This document shows positions 48,626 to 61,026 of a stretch of DNA of 64,000 nucleotides, in pieces; position 1 is the first letter of the stretch, and each line of letters opens with the position of its first letter. The stretch is from Eremomyces bilateralis CBS 781.70. Taxonomy: Eukaryota. The notes under the pieces were generated by a model. It searched no databases. It had not been told where the DNA came from and was given only the letters and a program-made list of their open reading frames with translations. The position numbers and the translations under genes were made by a program. The DNA lies in assembly GCA_010015585.1 (NCBI GenBank), contig ML975173.1. The stretch is one strand, 5' to 3'.

Positions 48626-50777
48626 TTATGCCGCGGAGGTGTACGTAATGTACATCTTTGTGAAATCATTCTGCACACTCCATTCTCCCGTTGCCGTATC
48701 TTTTGAAAAATTCGTCGACACCGCTTCACCACCTCGAAGCACGCCGCTTTCCACTCTTCCACCTCCAACCGGTCGCTCCAGATGATTGACTCCCGCCTGG
48801 ACGGTGAAATTCGCAAGGCTCAGTTCATATGGGTTTCTAGTCGCCACACTCAGCGAACCCCAGAACTTGGCGTTGACTTTCTCATGACTGATTTGGAGCT
48901 CCACGTATCCACGGTAGTATCCCTCCGTCCACCACAATTCCGGATTGTCGCGGATCAGTGTGCTTGCCTGCCGAGTGGACTCCCCTATGGAACTGCCGTA
49001 TCCGGTCGATGAAATGGCCGTGACAGCGAATTCGACGCCAATGGCACCCTCGCCACTGGCCTGGTCATAAGGCTTCTCGTCCAACCACACGATATCACTG
49101 ACCCAGTTGGCATGGCTGTCCCCGGCAAGAAACACATTGTTGCCGATGTTATTAGAATAGAGGTGATGGAGAGTTCGGTTGCGGTTGGCTTGGTAGCCCT
49201 TGAGCGTTGTCAGTGACAGGGGCGGCTTGGCAAAGAACGGACGGGATACTCACATCCCATTGATCGCCGTTATATGGATTTTCGAGGGTACCAAACGAGG
49301 ACGAGATATTCACACGCGAGAAGATGATCTGATCACCGATGATACGCCACGTCGCACCCCGCTCGCTGGAGTTTGAAAGCTGTTTATAAAACCAGTTCTC
49401 TTGTGCCGAACCCATCAAACTTCTCCCAGCATCGTTGCTGATGGCATGAATATAGTCGTCGTTCCCATCTGTTAGGAGGGTTAGAGATAGTACACCTCAC
49501 TATGGAAGCAGCATACCCAGCGTCGTGATGCTTCGATCGTAGTTGCGGGTGTCGAGCATAATCAGATCGAAGAGGTCTCCTCCAGCGAAATTTCGCCAGA
49601 TCCTCAGGTTATCATCCATATCGACCTGGCTGGAATGCTGTCAATGAATGCTGGGCGCGTTATTTCTATTCATCGGCCATGCTAACAGCTCCTGGAAAAT
49701 ATACAGATAGCTTCCAAGACCCAAGCAGACTCACCGAATTGGCATCCACTCAAAGTAGGCTCGGACAGCATTCATCTTTCGTTGGTCGACGCTAACACCA
49801 CCGGCCTTCACAAACGAGTCCTCGATGTTATCCATGCGGGAAAAACCGTCCCGGTAACCATTGTTCGCCACCTCATGATCGTCCCATGTCGTAATCCATG
49901 CAGTGCTCTGATGCAGAAGCAACAGGTCCGGATCCGTTCGGTATTGTCCGATCCGCTGTCGATAATCATACAGGGAGAAGAGCTCCTTGGGGGGATCGGT
50001 CGCTCGAGGATCACGACCAAGCACTCCCTGGCGATATTCGTAGATGTAATCGCCGAGGTGGACCAAGAGATCAAGGCGATTGTTTCGTGCTGCTGTCCCA
50101 TATGGGTTGAAGTAACCGTTCGGATAGTTGCTGCAGGAGAAGACGCCGATGTTGATCGAGTGCAGTCGCTCATCGGGACGAGGCAGCGTCTTTGCTTTTC
50201 CGATGGGACTCTTCTTTTCCGAATTGCAGATTGCAAACTGGTAGTAGTATGTGGTCCATGACTGAAGCTGTTTTGCTTCGACCTTATATCATCCAAATTA
50301 GGAACCCCTTCTATTGGAGAAACGGGTGGTACCAACTTTCACCGTGTAATCAATATCTGAGGATGTATATGCTCTTCCTCGGTCAACAACTGGTCTCATG
50401 TCCTTGCTTTGCGAGACTTCGTACTCGACGCAGATTGGATACGCGGAAGCTTTCACATACTCCTCGGTGTCGTGATTATACATCGGAGCATAGCCCGATA
50501 CGGCCACATTGGACCTGTCACTTTCCATCCCCGGCGCAACGCGAGTCCACAGAATGAGCGAGTCCGCGTACGGATCGCCCGAGGCGACCCCGTGAGTGAA
50601 GGTAAGAGCACTGAGACCCCATGAGCTCGTCGTGCTGTCGAGGCTGCGCTTATGGAGTTTTGGAATATCGATTCCAAGGTCAGCGTGGCGCTTGGACGGG
50701 CTTAGATAGTTAAGATTGCCACTATAACTTGCGGCCGCACAAGCTGCAATGGCGGCGAGCGTAGCAAATCGAGTCAT
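48626..50777 (-). CDS. phoD: Secreted alkaline phosphatase, PhoD family
   Basis: Signal peptide; FTHGVASGDP, HLGDYIYE, TWDDHEVANN, LDTRNY, NGDQWDGY and LAGDSHANWVSD motifs; four introns. Confidence 0.93.
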
Positions 50778-51680
50778 GGTCAGAAGAGAGAGAGTGGCAC
50801 AAGGTGATAAAAGGAAAGGAGCTGAACGAGAAGGAAATCAACTTCATGCAACAGAATCCGAAGGACTTCAACTCAGAACATCAAATTTCGCCCCGTACTT
50901 TCCGATCGAGCTCCAGACGTGAAGGAAATTGCGATACGCTCTCCAAAAAACTCACATTCAATCCACCCGAGACTTAAGAAGCAGAGTTCAGGTTAGATCA
51001 TCAGGACGACAGGACATCGCTTTCAGCTCCTCGTCCAGAGAACTTCGATTTTAGTTCTAGAAAGAGCAGGGCAGCTGGGAAGAGCAAAGCATCGGACAAT
51101 TGAGAGTAACAAGGAGCACTTGCCGAGCAATACGTAAAGTGAAGAGCTACAGGACAGAATGAAAGGATTCATATGAAGATAGGGCACTGGTGAATCTACT
51201 GAATCTGCTAGTAAATAAGTCAGAAATTCGACACTGCCGAACTGCTGAATGATGACATACCGTATACAGGCGCTGGGCCCTTAGCTGCTATGCCCGATCG
51301 TGACGTGTCTCGCGCAATTGTTCTTAAGTAAGTAGTAAATGAATGGAACCGTCTAATCATTATGCATGGCTAAGGATACCATACAAATCGAAGTCCCGCC
51401 TAAACGAAGCCGGGCCCCGACAGAATGAAATGAACCAACCGCTTTGCCCAACCGGAAGATCGTTTCGGGCAGCGAACAGATCGCAAAGGAAGTAACAAAT
51501 ACTCGGTCAAGTGGTATACGAGCGCAGCCATGCCTCTCACGACCTTCAAACCCAACGAAGAAATAAATGACCCCGTTCTCCTCGACCCTTTCCCAGGTCT
51601 TTTCCAGAAACGCTCATAATCCATTCTTTAACCTCCTCCAAAGACGCCGGGTATCCGAAACCAAACCGCCGTCCTCAGAT

Positions 51681-53518
51681 TCACGCGACCGCCTCGCCCT
51701 CCTGCTGGCCCTGCGCGTCCATCTCCCCACCCGCGCCCTTCTCCGCCCAGTCGCCCCACAGCCCGCGCTTACTACGGATGCGAATGGGACCGTCGAGCAC
51801 ATCGTGGACCTGCTCGACCTTGATCGCATCTTTCGTCGCCAGGACCAGCACCTCGAAGAACATCTTCGTGGCCTCTGCGGCAGTGGCGCGGTTTTCGGGG
51901 GCCAGCTCGTTGAAGAGGATGGATTGCTTCTTCTGGCTGGAGGGGGAGGCGGATTGGTCGTAGGATCCGAAGCGGTCGCGTAGGAGATGGACGGCGTGGG
52001 TCGTGCTCAAGGCGAGAGGGCCGGCATCGGCCGGGTGGAGAATGGGCATGGTGGTGTCATCGAACGTGTCTTCTTGACCGCCGAATGCTGCCAGGCCTTG
52101 ATCCTCCTCGTCGTACGGTCGCACACCATCCGAGTCAAGACGAAGGGTCGGGTCGGCATGCTCCAGCCCAAATGGGTCTTCGTTACCTTCCGAAGGAATT
52201 TCAAGCTGCGGCATGTCTTCCAGATCGGCGACGCCGGAATCCCGCTTCCGCTTCAGGTCACCACTTTTGCGGATCGCATCGGCGGAGAAAAGATCGCGGA
52301 GTTCCGGCGCCCAACCCTTCATCCGACCATCGCCAAGCACGGTGGACACAAACGCGCCTTGCTGCTGCATCTGCATGAGCGCTAGAAGATACGGATCGCG
52401 TGGCAGGAATGACGCGGGTTTCAGGATCCGGGTGCGATCATTTTGTAGCTCCTTGATATATTTGCTTGAAAGCTCAGTGGTGGCATCGGCAGGCAACACG
52501 CGTCGCTTCTTCGCGCGATTCGGGGCGAAAAGCGCAGTTTCGTCCGGGTCGAAGGAGAGGCGGGTGGCATCGTCAAACGGTCTGAACGAGGCCTCGAGTT
52601 CGCGTTCCATGGATGCTCCAATGGAAGAAAGCGGAGAGTGAGAATCTCGACGGTGGCCGGGCAGGGTCATATGTGTAGCATCGTCGGATGGCAATTGCAT
52701 CGGAACATCGTCCAGGCCGCCCATTGCAATATCGCCGTCATCGCCAGGAAGCAATGACATATCGCCGCCCAGTTTCGAAGGTCCGTCTCCAATATCCAAA
52801 TCAAGGTCGTCGTCGTACAGTCTTGGTGCGTCGTTGTCACCAAACTCGTCCGAAAGGTCACGCTCGGGAGCAGCCCGTCGACCCCGTTCAATGCTGAAAG
52901 CGGTATCATCCGGACCATCCCCAATATCCAGAATAAGTCCGTCGTCGTCGAGGGGTAGAGGTTCCAAAGCCATTTGCGATCGGTCCAAACTTTCGGTGAG
53001 CACTTGGCTCGCGCCCCAATCTAGTAGTGTCGGATCGCGCTGTGCTCCAGTTATTGTTGGGAGGGGGTCAGCAAAAAGGAGATCTGGATCTGGCATAGGA
53101 GCGAGGAGATCTAATTCTGTGATGACATCTGGTAATGTCAGGGTGGCCGGATTGACGGCGTGAGATTGATCGACCGGGAGGTCGACATTTCCTGGTTTGA
53201 ATGCCTATGATCCTCAATCAGTAAGAGTTTTACCAGCTTCATGATCAAAGTTACCATCTTGATTTTGGTAATGGCCTCATTGCAGTCATCGAAAAGGTAA
53301 TTGGTTTTCCGGCTGTATATCCGAACCACGCCAAGTAATAACTGACCGCTCAGTCGAAGGGCCATAGGAGCCTGGCCTTGGTCTACGATCGCGTCGACGC
53401 TTCGCTCAATCCCGGCGCTCAAAACATCCTTCTTGTTGAGCTTTCGTTCGATGTTGGCAGCCAACCACACTCTCGCCAAAGGTCCAGTTTTGGACAGCAA
53501 GGTCTCGGAGTAGAACAT
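51681..53518 (-). CDS. RAD21: Cohesin kleisin subunit Rad21/Scc1
   Basis: MFYSETLLSKTGPLARVWLAAN..LRLSGQLLLGVVRIY N-terminal domain; ATKMFFEVLVLATKDAIKVEQ C-terminal domain; intron 53254-53205. Confidence 0.96.
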
Positions 53519-53546
53519 GTTGGCGGTCGGTTTCCCGTGGTACTAG

Positions 53547-53682
53547 ACGCGTATGTGTCTTCCTGGGGTGGTCTTGCGCGGGAAACGCCCTCGCATGCGG
53601 TGCTGTACCCGGTGGACGACTCGGCGCAGTTGTTTTGATTCCTGACGCGCCGAGCTAGGTGGGCCTAGTTGGGAGGACGCGC
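53547..53682. promoter_or_regulatory. MCB-like elements upstream of RAD21
   Basis: ACGCGT 53547, GCGCGGGAAA 53576, ACGCGC 53645 and 53677. Confidence 0.55.
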
Positions 53683-54470
53683 AGAAAGTGGATGGAGTTT
53701 TGTAGCTCTCAAGATCGGATCAGTGTGGATCGCAGAGCATGGCCAGGGGGTTTAATATGCAAAAATGGTGATAGAGGGGTGGAAATGGAGGAAGAAGTTC
53801 GATACCAGAGATGGGGTGGACAATGTGAAGGGTGGGAGGATGTCGCGGATGAATTGGATGATCAATGGTGGATTCATCTATTGGAGAGGTTGGGCCGTGT
53901 CACGTGAACTGCATGACTGCATCAACTTTGCTGACATAATCACGATATCTATATTGGTGCCTTAATGCCTTAAGCCTTCATGCCGCGACAGCTGAACCGA
54001 CGTAACGCAGTAAAAAAACTCGGCTTCTCTATCGATTGGATTCATTCCGATAGTCGTCAAGATTCAAGATGCGTGAGGCCGAGCAATTCCATACAGTATT
54101 CTGTATTTTCCAGGTGTTTCAATCGTACTAGTTTAAACTTGTCCCCTTTTCCAATACCGGTGCTGTTCTAGGTCTAGCTGTGGAATTCATAGCTCACTCC
54201 AGCTTTGCCCTTGAACCTAACAGGGATGTCTCAATACAACTACTGCTGTAGGTGGACTGTGGAGAGACGTCGAGTTTAAAGTCTAAACAACTGTCCATAA
54301 CCCTACTTTTCTCGCTGTAAATAACCCACGTCCGTCATGATCGATCGCACGTACCATTGGATGTTAATACTACCGTCCTTTTGAATCTACCATCGATTGT
54401 CTACGAACTTCACACCTGAAGGGCTTGTCTGGTCCTTCATCGTTCCAGGCGCGGGTTGAATGATGCCACC

Positions 54471-57400
54471 ATGTCAGCGACGGCGACTCCGGGAATCGCC
54501 TTGCAGCATCTCTCCCTTGCTAATGGGCGAGTCGCAACTCCGAAGATAGACTCTACGACTTCGTCGAGATCGGGTTCGCGTGCTGAAAGGCTAAGAAGGC
54601 CGTCGGTAGGAGCCTCATCAAGAGCATCCGCACAACCGACACGGCTAACAGATTGCCAGACTGCTACCTCATCCTACTCAATACTCACACCATCAGAGAC
54701 AGCCCTACGTCTTCGAACCTCACTTACGCATGGGCTTTCCCCGTCCGAAATCGTCTCTCGCCTCCATGTATATGGCTCGAATGAGCTTCCTCGAGAAGAG
54801 CCGGAGCCACTATGGCTTCGATTCCTCAAGCAATTCAAGGAGACCCTCATATTGCTACTCCTTGGATCTGCCGCCATCAGCTTCTTGATGGGAAACTATG
54901 ATGATGCCATCAGCATAGCCGTCGCAGTTACAATCGTCGTCTCGGTCGGTTTCGTGCAGGAATATCGAAGCGAGAAGAGTCTCGAGGCGTTGAACCAGTT
55001 GGTCCCGCACTTCGCACACGTTATTCGTGCGGATGGCGCGATTCGTCCTGACCGATCAGCGAGAACCACTCCAGGCGTGCCAAAAGGAAGAGAAGGAGAA
55101 GACGATGAAATTCAGGACACTGCCAAATCGCTCGAAGCCGCCGAGGCCACCTCCACCACGCTTACCGGCTCTCAACTCGTGCCAGGCGACCTCGTCCTGT
55201 TCCATACCGGCGATCGGATCCCTGCCGACATTCGCATTACACACAGTGCCGACCTCTCCATCGACGAGTCGAATCTGACCGGAGAAAACGAGCCGGTTTC
55301 GAAATCACCCGCCACTCTTGTAAGCCACGCATCATCTACCGTATCCCGGGAACCTTCGCCAAACGGTACTGCCTCCATATATGCCTCGCCAGCTGCCGGG
55401 ACGGTCGGCGCCGATATTCGCTTAAACGATCAAACGAACATCGCATTCATGGGGACCTTGGTACGGAGTGGGCATGGGTCAGGTATTGTGATCGCCACGG
55501 GCGGGTCGACCGAGTTCGGTGCCATCTCTGCCAGTTTACAGGAGATTGAGTCTCCTCGGACCCCTCTGCAGCTCTCCATGGACCGGCTCGGCAAAGAACT
55601 GAGTTATCTGTCCTTCGCCGTCATCGCCTTCATCATGCTCCTGGGGGTGTGGCGAGGGTGGGAATTTCTTGAGATGTTCACCATCGGCGTGAGCTTGGCC
55701 GTCGCCGCTATTCCAGAAGGCCTTCCCATCATCGTGACGGTCACGCTCGCGCTTGGGGTCCTCCGAATGTCGAAACGCGGGGCCATTGTCCGTCGTTTGC
55801 CCAGCGTCGAGACGCTCGGGAGCGTGAATGTCGTGTGCAGCGATAAGACGGGGACGTTGACCACGAACCATATGACCGTCACCAAAATTTGGCATTTCAC
55901 GCCTGGTGCGACGTCCGAACCGATTTCCATCAGCGCCAAGCAGCAATCCCTCTCCACGTCCGACCTCGACTTTGCCACGCGAACCATCCTTCGCATCGGA
56001 AATATTGTTAATAATGGGCGACTCATGTCCGGATCGTCCAGCACGCCGGCCTCTGCGGCCTCCGCTGCGATCCTGTCGTCTTCTGCAAGTGATCCATCCT
56101 CTGCCAAGAGTCGCTGGGTCGGACAGCCCACCGACGTTGCGCTTTTAGATCTCCTCGACGCGTTCGGGGAGGCAGACGTGCGAGACCGGATCGGCCCACG
56201 TCGGGACGAGACCCCGTTTAGTTCTGAGCGGAAATGGATGGGTTGTGTGATCCACCCTGGCCCCGACAATCCCAACGGCTACGATGTTGCGTATGCGAAA
56301 GGGGCCCTCGAACAAGTCCTCTTACGATGCGATACCTACATCACTACGGACGGAAAGGAAGTGATACTAGATGAAGCAAGGCGAGAGGAAGCGATCAAGG
56401 CAGCCGAGAAGATGGCGCAAGAAGGCCTAAGGGTTTTAGGATTTGCCAGCGGCCCCAAGAAGAGCGGGAAGCTCTCACCTTCTAGTGCTCAAAGACCCAA
56501 CCTAAGCGGGTATTCCACGCCGCAATTATTGCCCGACCCCAGGGATAAGACACAGGCGAGCCATAGCGACGAAGACCTGTATAAGGGTCTCGCTTTTTCC
56601 GGGCTTGTTGGTATGAATGATCCTCCGCGCCCCAACGTTGACCGATCCATTCGGCGACTTCTCGCAGGAGGAGTCCGAGTCATCATGATCACCGGTGATG
56701 CAGAGCATACCGCCGTAGCCATTGCCAAGAAACTGGGCATACCGTTAAACTTCAACTCGGCCATTGGTCCGTCCGTGCTTCGAGGCGACCAACTGGATCA
56801 GATGAGCGAAGAAGAGCTCAGCCAGGCTATCGGCACGACCACGATCTTCGCCCGCACGAGCCCGGAGCACAAGATGAAGATCGTCCGGGCGCTCCAGGCT
56901 CGAGGAGACGTCGTTGCCATGACCGGCGATGGCGTGAATGACGCTCCGGCGCTGAAAAAGGCGGACATCGGCGTGAGCATGGGCCGTCTAGGCACCGACG
57001 TGGCCAAGGAGGCCGCGGACATGATATTGACGGATGACGATTTCTCTACGATCTTGAACGCCATAGAGGAGGGCAAAGGGATCTTCTACAACATTCAAAA
57101 TTTCCTCACATTCCAGCTGAGCACCAGCGCGGCGGCCCTTGGCCTGGTCATGGTTAGCACGGTCGCGGGCTTCAAAAATCCGTTGAACGCCATGCAAATC
57201 CTATGGATAAGTACGTCTCGCTGACGTCTTTGTTGGAGACGTCCACTAACCACGACTGTAGACATCCTAATGGACGGTCCCCCAGCGCAATCTCTCGGCG
57301 TCGAACCCGTAGACCCCGCCGTCATGAAACTCCCCCCCCGCTCCCGACACGCGCGCGTCCTTACCCCCCAACTCCTCCGCCGCGTGATTCAGTCCTCCCT

Positions 57401-57815
57401 CATCATTATGCTCGGCACACTCTCCACCTACATCCTCGAGATGGCCGACGGACAGGTCGTCACCGCGCGGGACACCACCATGACCTTCACTTGTTTCGTG
57501 CTCTTCGACATGTTCAACGCGCTGACGTGCCGCTCCGAGGCGAAGAGCGTGCTGCGCGGTGAGCTGCCGATCGTTGGGAAGGGGAGCAACAAGATGTTTA
57601 ACTACGCGGTGACGGGCTCGTTGGTGGGGCAGTGCGCAGTCATCTATTTCCCGCCGCTGCAGAGCATTTTTCAGACGGAGGCCATTGGGATCCTGGATTG
57701 GATCCGGCTGCTCCTCGTTGCTAGCCTGGTTTTCTGGGCGGACGAGGGCCGCAAGGCTTATAAACGTTGGAACGCGGCGAGTCGGACGGCCAGTGGTTAT
57801 AGCCTCAACGTATAA
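54471..57815 (+). CDS. PMR1: Golgi Ca2+/Mn2+ P-type ATPase (SPCA)
   Basis: [38 protein letters not shown] and [14 protein letters not shown] motifs. GCCACCATG start context. Intron 57211-57261 and a probable in-frame intron 54606-54659. Confidence 0.96.
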
Positions 57816-57990
57816 GCATTTAGGTGTACTTATAGAAAATGCAACCTTGACACATAGATCTGGGTCCAGTCGCACCGTTTATGACCAGTGAATTGAGGCC
57901 TTGGTTTTAAATTGGGTTAAAGAAAAGGTATAGGAGTGCCGGAATATGTCATCGTTGACCCTGAACGGTTGAAGCTACGGGTGCTGAATC

Positions 57991-60138
57991 TTATAGCTCT
58001 TTCGTGTCCTGTACACTGGATCGACGTCCGTATCTGAACTCGAACCCCTCCTCATCATGATACTTGGGTCTCTTTCGCAGTGGTGACTGAATATCGTCTG
58101 CTGCTTTGAAGTCATGGACGCTACCACGGCGAGCGCGACCGAGACCTGGAATTGGTCGACTTAGCCCTATATCTGACGGTTTGGGCGAAATTGGGGCTGG
58201 CTCTTGCTGCTCTGGGGGGGGTTCTCTGGTAGTCTTCGTGGAAGCATCTTTCCTCGAACGGGTCGGAGTCGATGCGACCCATTCATCAACGCCCGACTCC
58301 CACCGATAACTGAGGAATTCCATTCGTCTCCTCTCCAGAGTGCTTGGGGTCGCGATATGTGTCTCGCTGGTGTCCATGTTTGTCCAAAGCTCCGTTGCAA
58401 TGGTTGGGTGCATTTGTATGGATCGTTTCATGACATCCAGAAGGACTTGGTCATCCCCCTTGTTTGAACGTATGACTGAACGCGCGAGTATGAGATCAAG
58501 CGCAAGTCTGCAGAGGAAAACGGATTGCGCAATGGTACACCCGGAGTCACCACTGTCCGTAACTCCATCGCTGTTCTTGCCGTGCTCAATCAATTGGATC
58601 CCGGCAATGTGCAGCAGCCCTGTTGCAAGGTGCCTGTGACCGGGAATCCGCCATCGAGGTGAGGTAAATAGGTCGATATCGTAAGCGATCCCATTGATGA
58701 ATGATGGCAGGAAATTCATTGGTACACCGTTCCTATTACTGAGCTGATGGAGTAAGCCCACAAGTTCCACTATGGGGAGAGGGAAGAGATGCGGTGGCGG
58801 CCGCCGCGTAAGTATTCGGAGAATGAGACCTGCACAAAACACAGCAAGGACCATGCAGCATTCAGGAACGCATAGGCTATCCCATTCCACTCCAGCGAAG
58901 TCTAAGATAGTTATCTCGAGGTTCTGTTGGGTTTCCTGGAGTCGCTCCTTTTCGCAATTGACGTGGAAGAGCATCGAATCAGCTACTAGGGTCGACATGC
59001 GGTGCTTAACCACAGCCAGGAACGATCCCACAAGCTCGTCTCTCTCATGGGCATATAGCTTATACTCCCCCGACGAACTTGGGATATCCCAAGAGAATCT
59101 CAATATTGCCCGTAATGCGGTCCATGCCTCAAACGGCTCGTGTGACTTCCAGAGAAGAGGTTTAAGGAATGTCTTCCAATACACGACGCACATGGGACCT
59201 GTGAAGGATTCCAAAGCTCCCAGCGAAATCTGGGCTAGAAGCCCTTTCACTGGACACCAATTGTTCGTGGGAAAGACACAGCGTTGAAAAGTGTCCATGC
59301 CCACGTCATGGAGGCCGGCTCGATGGGAGGCCCTAAGCAGTTCCAAGCTGATTCCCGGACTTTCATACTCATTGAGTAATGAGTTTTTATTTGGATCACC
59401 AAGCACCGAAGAAAGACTCGATATGGCAGTGGCCGGGGGAAAATCATACCGAATCGCCTCTTCGATCAATTTGATGGAGTGAGCTCGCAAAACCGCCTTC
59501 AGACCGGGCCATCCGTGGGAAGAGCTGAACTGGTCCTCCAGGAAGTAGTACATTCCACAGGGGCCATCGAATCCTTCATATTCATGGTCGTCGTAAGGGA
59601 TTCGGTTAAGAGCAATCGCGAACAATGACCTGGCGCCCGTCTTGGGGGTTTCGTTCGTCCTTCCGGATTGATTATTTTGGCCCTGGCCGATAGTGTCATC
59701 GTTGCCATGATGTTCGGATGTTTCGCGAAGGATGGCCGCGAATGCAACGATCACTGCTTGCGAGTTGTGTTGTTCAGGTCCCTTTAGTGTCCCATTCTTG
59801 CCACAGCAAGGCTCAAGACGAGGGCGCTGAATAGAACGCCGAGGAGGAGGTAATACTTTGGGGCCAGCGGCGCTGCCACGAATCGATCGTTTGCCGTTCC
59901 CATATCCTCGTTTCAAATGTCGGGGTTCTACCCAATCCGGCTCTTCAAGTTTCGCGTCCAAGGTGTCCGCTGCTCTCGTATCCTTTTTCAGCATCAATTT
60001 AGAAGAATTTATATCGCTGTTCGACTTCTCTGCTCGTAGGGTCTTGAGCCGGCTTAAGAGCCGTAGAAGGAGAGCCTCGCATCGTTCTGCCGTCCATACA
60101 TCGACCTTTTCATCACTTGCTGAACTCGAGGATAACAT
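57991..60138 (-). CDS. Hypothetical protein, about 715 aa
   Basis: Long uninterrupted ORF; N-terminal WTAERCEALLLRLLSRL and C-terminal YRWESGVDEWVASTP motifs; basic NLS-like tail. Confidence 0.75.
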   Translation of the reverse strand: MLSSSSASDEKVDVWTAERCEALLLRLLSRLKTLRAEKSNSDINSSKLMLKKDTRAADTLDAKLEEPDWVEPRHLKRGYGNGKRSIRGSAAGPKVLPPPRRSIQRPRLEPCCGKNGTLKGPEQHNSQAVIVAFAAILRETSEHHGNDDTIGQGQNNQSGRTNETPKTGARSLFAIALNRIPYDDHEYEGFDGPCGMYYFLEDQFSSSHGWPGLKAVLRAHSIKLIEEAIRYDFPPATAISSLSSVLGDPNKNSLLNEYESPGISLELLRASHRAGLHDVGMDTFQRCVFPTNNWCPVKGLLAQISLGALESFTGPMCVVYWKTFLKPLLWKSHEPFEAWTALRAILRFSWDIPSSSGEYKLYAHERDELVGSFLAVVKHRMSTLVADSMLFHVNCEKERLQETQQNLEITILDFAGVEWDSLCVPECCMVLAVFCAGLILRILTRRPPPHLFPLPIVELVGLLHQLSNRNGVPMNFLPSFINGIAYDIDLFTSPRWRIPGHRHLATGLLHIAGIQLIEHGKNSDGVTDSGDSGCTIAQSVFLCRLALDLILARSVIRSNKGDDQVLLDVMKRSIQMHPTIATELWTNMDTSETHIATPSTLERRRMEFLSYRWESGVDEWVASTPTRSRKDASTKTTREPPPEQQEPAPISPKPSDIGLSRPIPGLGRARRGSVHDFKAADDIQSPLRKRPKYHDEEGFEFRYGRRSSVQDTKEL

Positions 60139-61026
60139 GGGATTCAAGAGTGCATTATGGTCAAATAACTGTGGAATTCAGTATCCAACGCATCGAATCA
60201 TGTTGTAATAAAAGACGCGACGGCTGATCTCCGCGCACATGCCGGTAGGTAGATATGATTGAGTCTTGGGCGGCTGGCAAGTCAATATTGAGGAATCACC
60301 TTGGCCAATCAACTGACGCCAATCTCGACGTCAACTCAATACCGCAAGACCTGCCGATATCCAGAAACTGGTTAAACTTAATCTGTTGAAATAGCACCAA
60401 TTAAAGAAGGATTCTAACTCTCTTGGCAACCATCTTTTCGTTAACCAAAGGAGGGCAATTCGAGATATCAAGTCTTGCAGTAACCCATAAAGCCCGAATG
60501 TGACTGGTAAATGGTACGGGACCGGAAGCATCATCACCGTCCGAACTTCGAAATCTCGCAGGATGAAGACGACTTATTGATGGGATTAATAAGAACACGC
60601 GGCGCAGGAATCAGTAATCACACAACCACGGCAAAGTTAACATGGTAGATTGATCTTCTTGGTATCTTATGTCCAGCAGAGAAGGATGCGACCGCGACCC
60701 AAATGACGCGACCCGCGTAAAATCAAGGAGCTTGCTCCACAGACCACAACAACTGAGGAAATCAGAAAGCCAAACGCCATTGTACGCCTCCGCTCCGCGA
60801 CACCGGGTGCCAATAAACCCGCTCGGAAGGCATGGCTGCAACATGAATGAAAGTCGCAGTTGGGAATCATAAAAATGAAAATTCGATGGCGTGCATCGAT
60901 GGGGGGGAGCGAAAATAGCCTCTCGTCGTCGAGAAGGTTCGGTTGGGAAACGGAGACCGGATCCGCGTGGTGAGGGACCGCGCCATATCGCGTATGGACA
61001 AATCGGACGTACGGCGCCCCAAGTCT

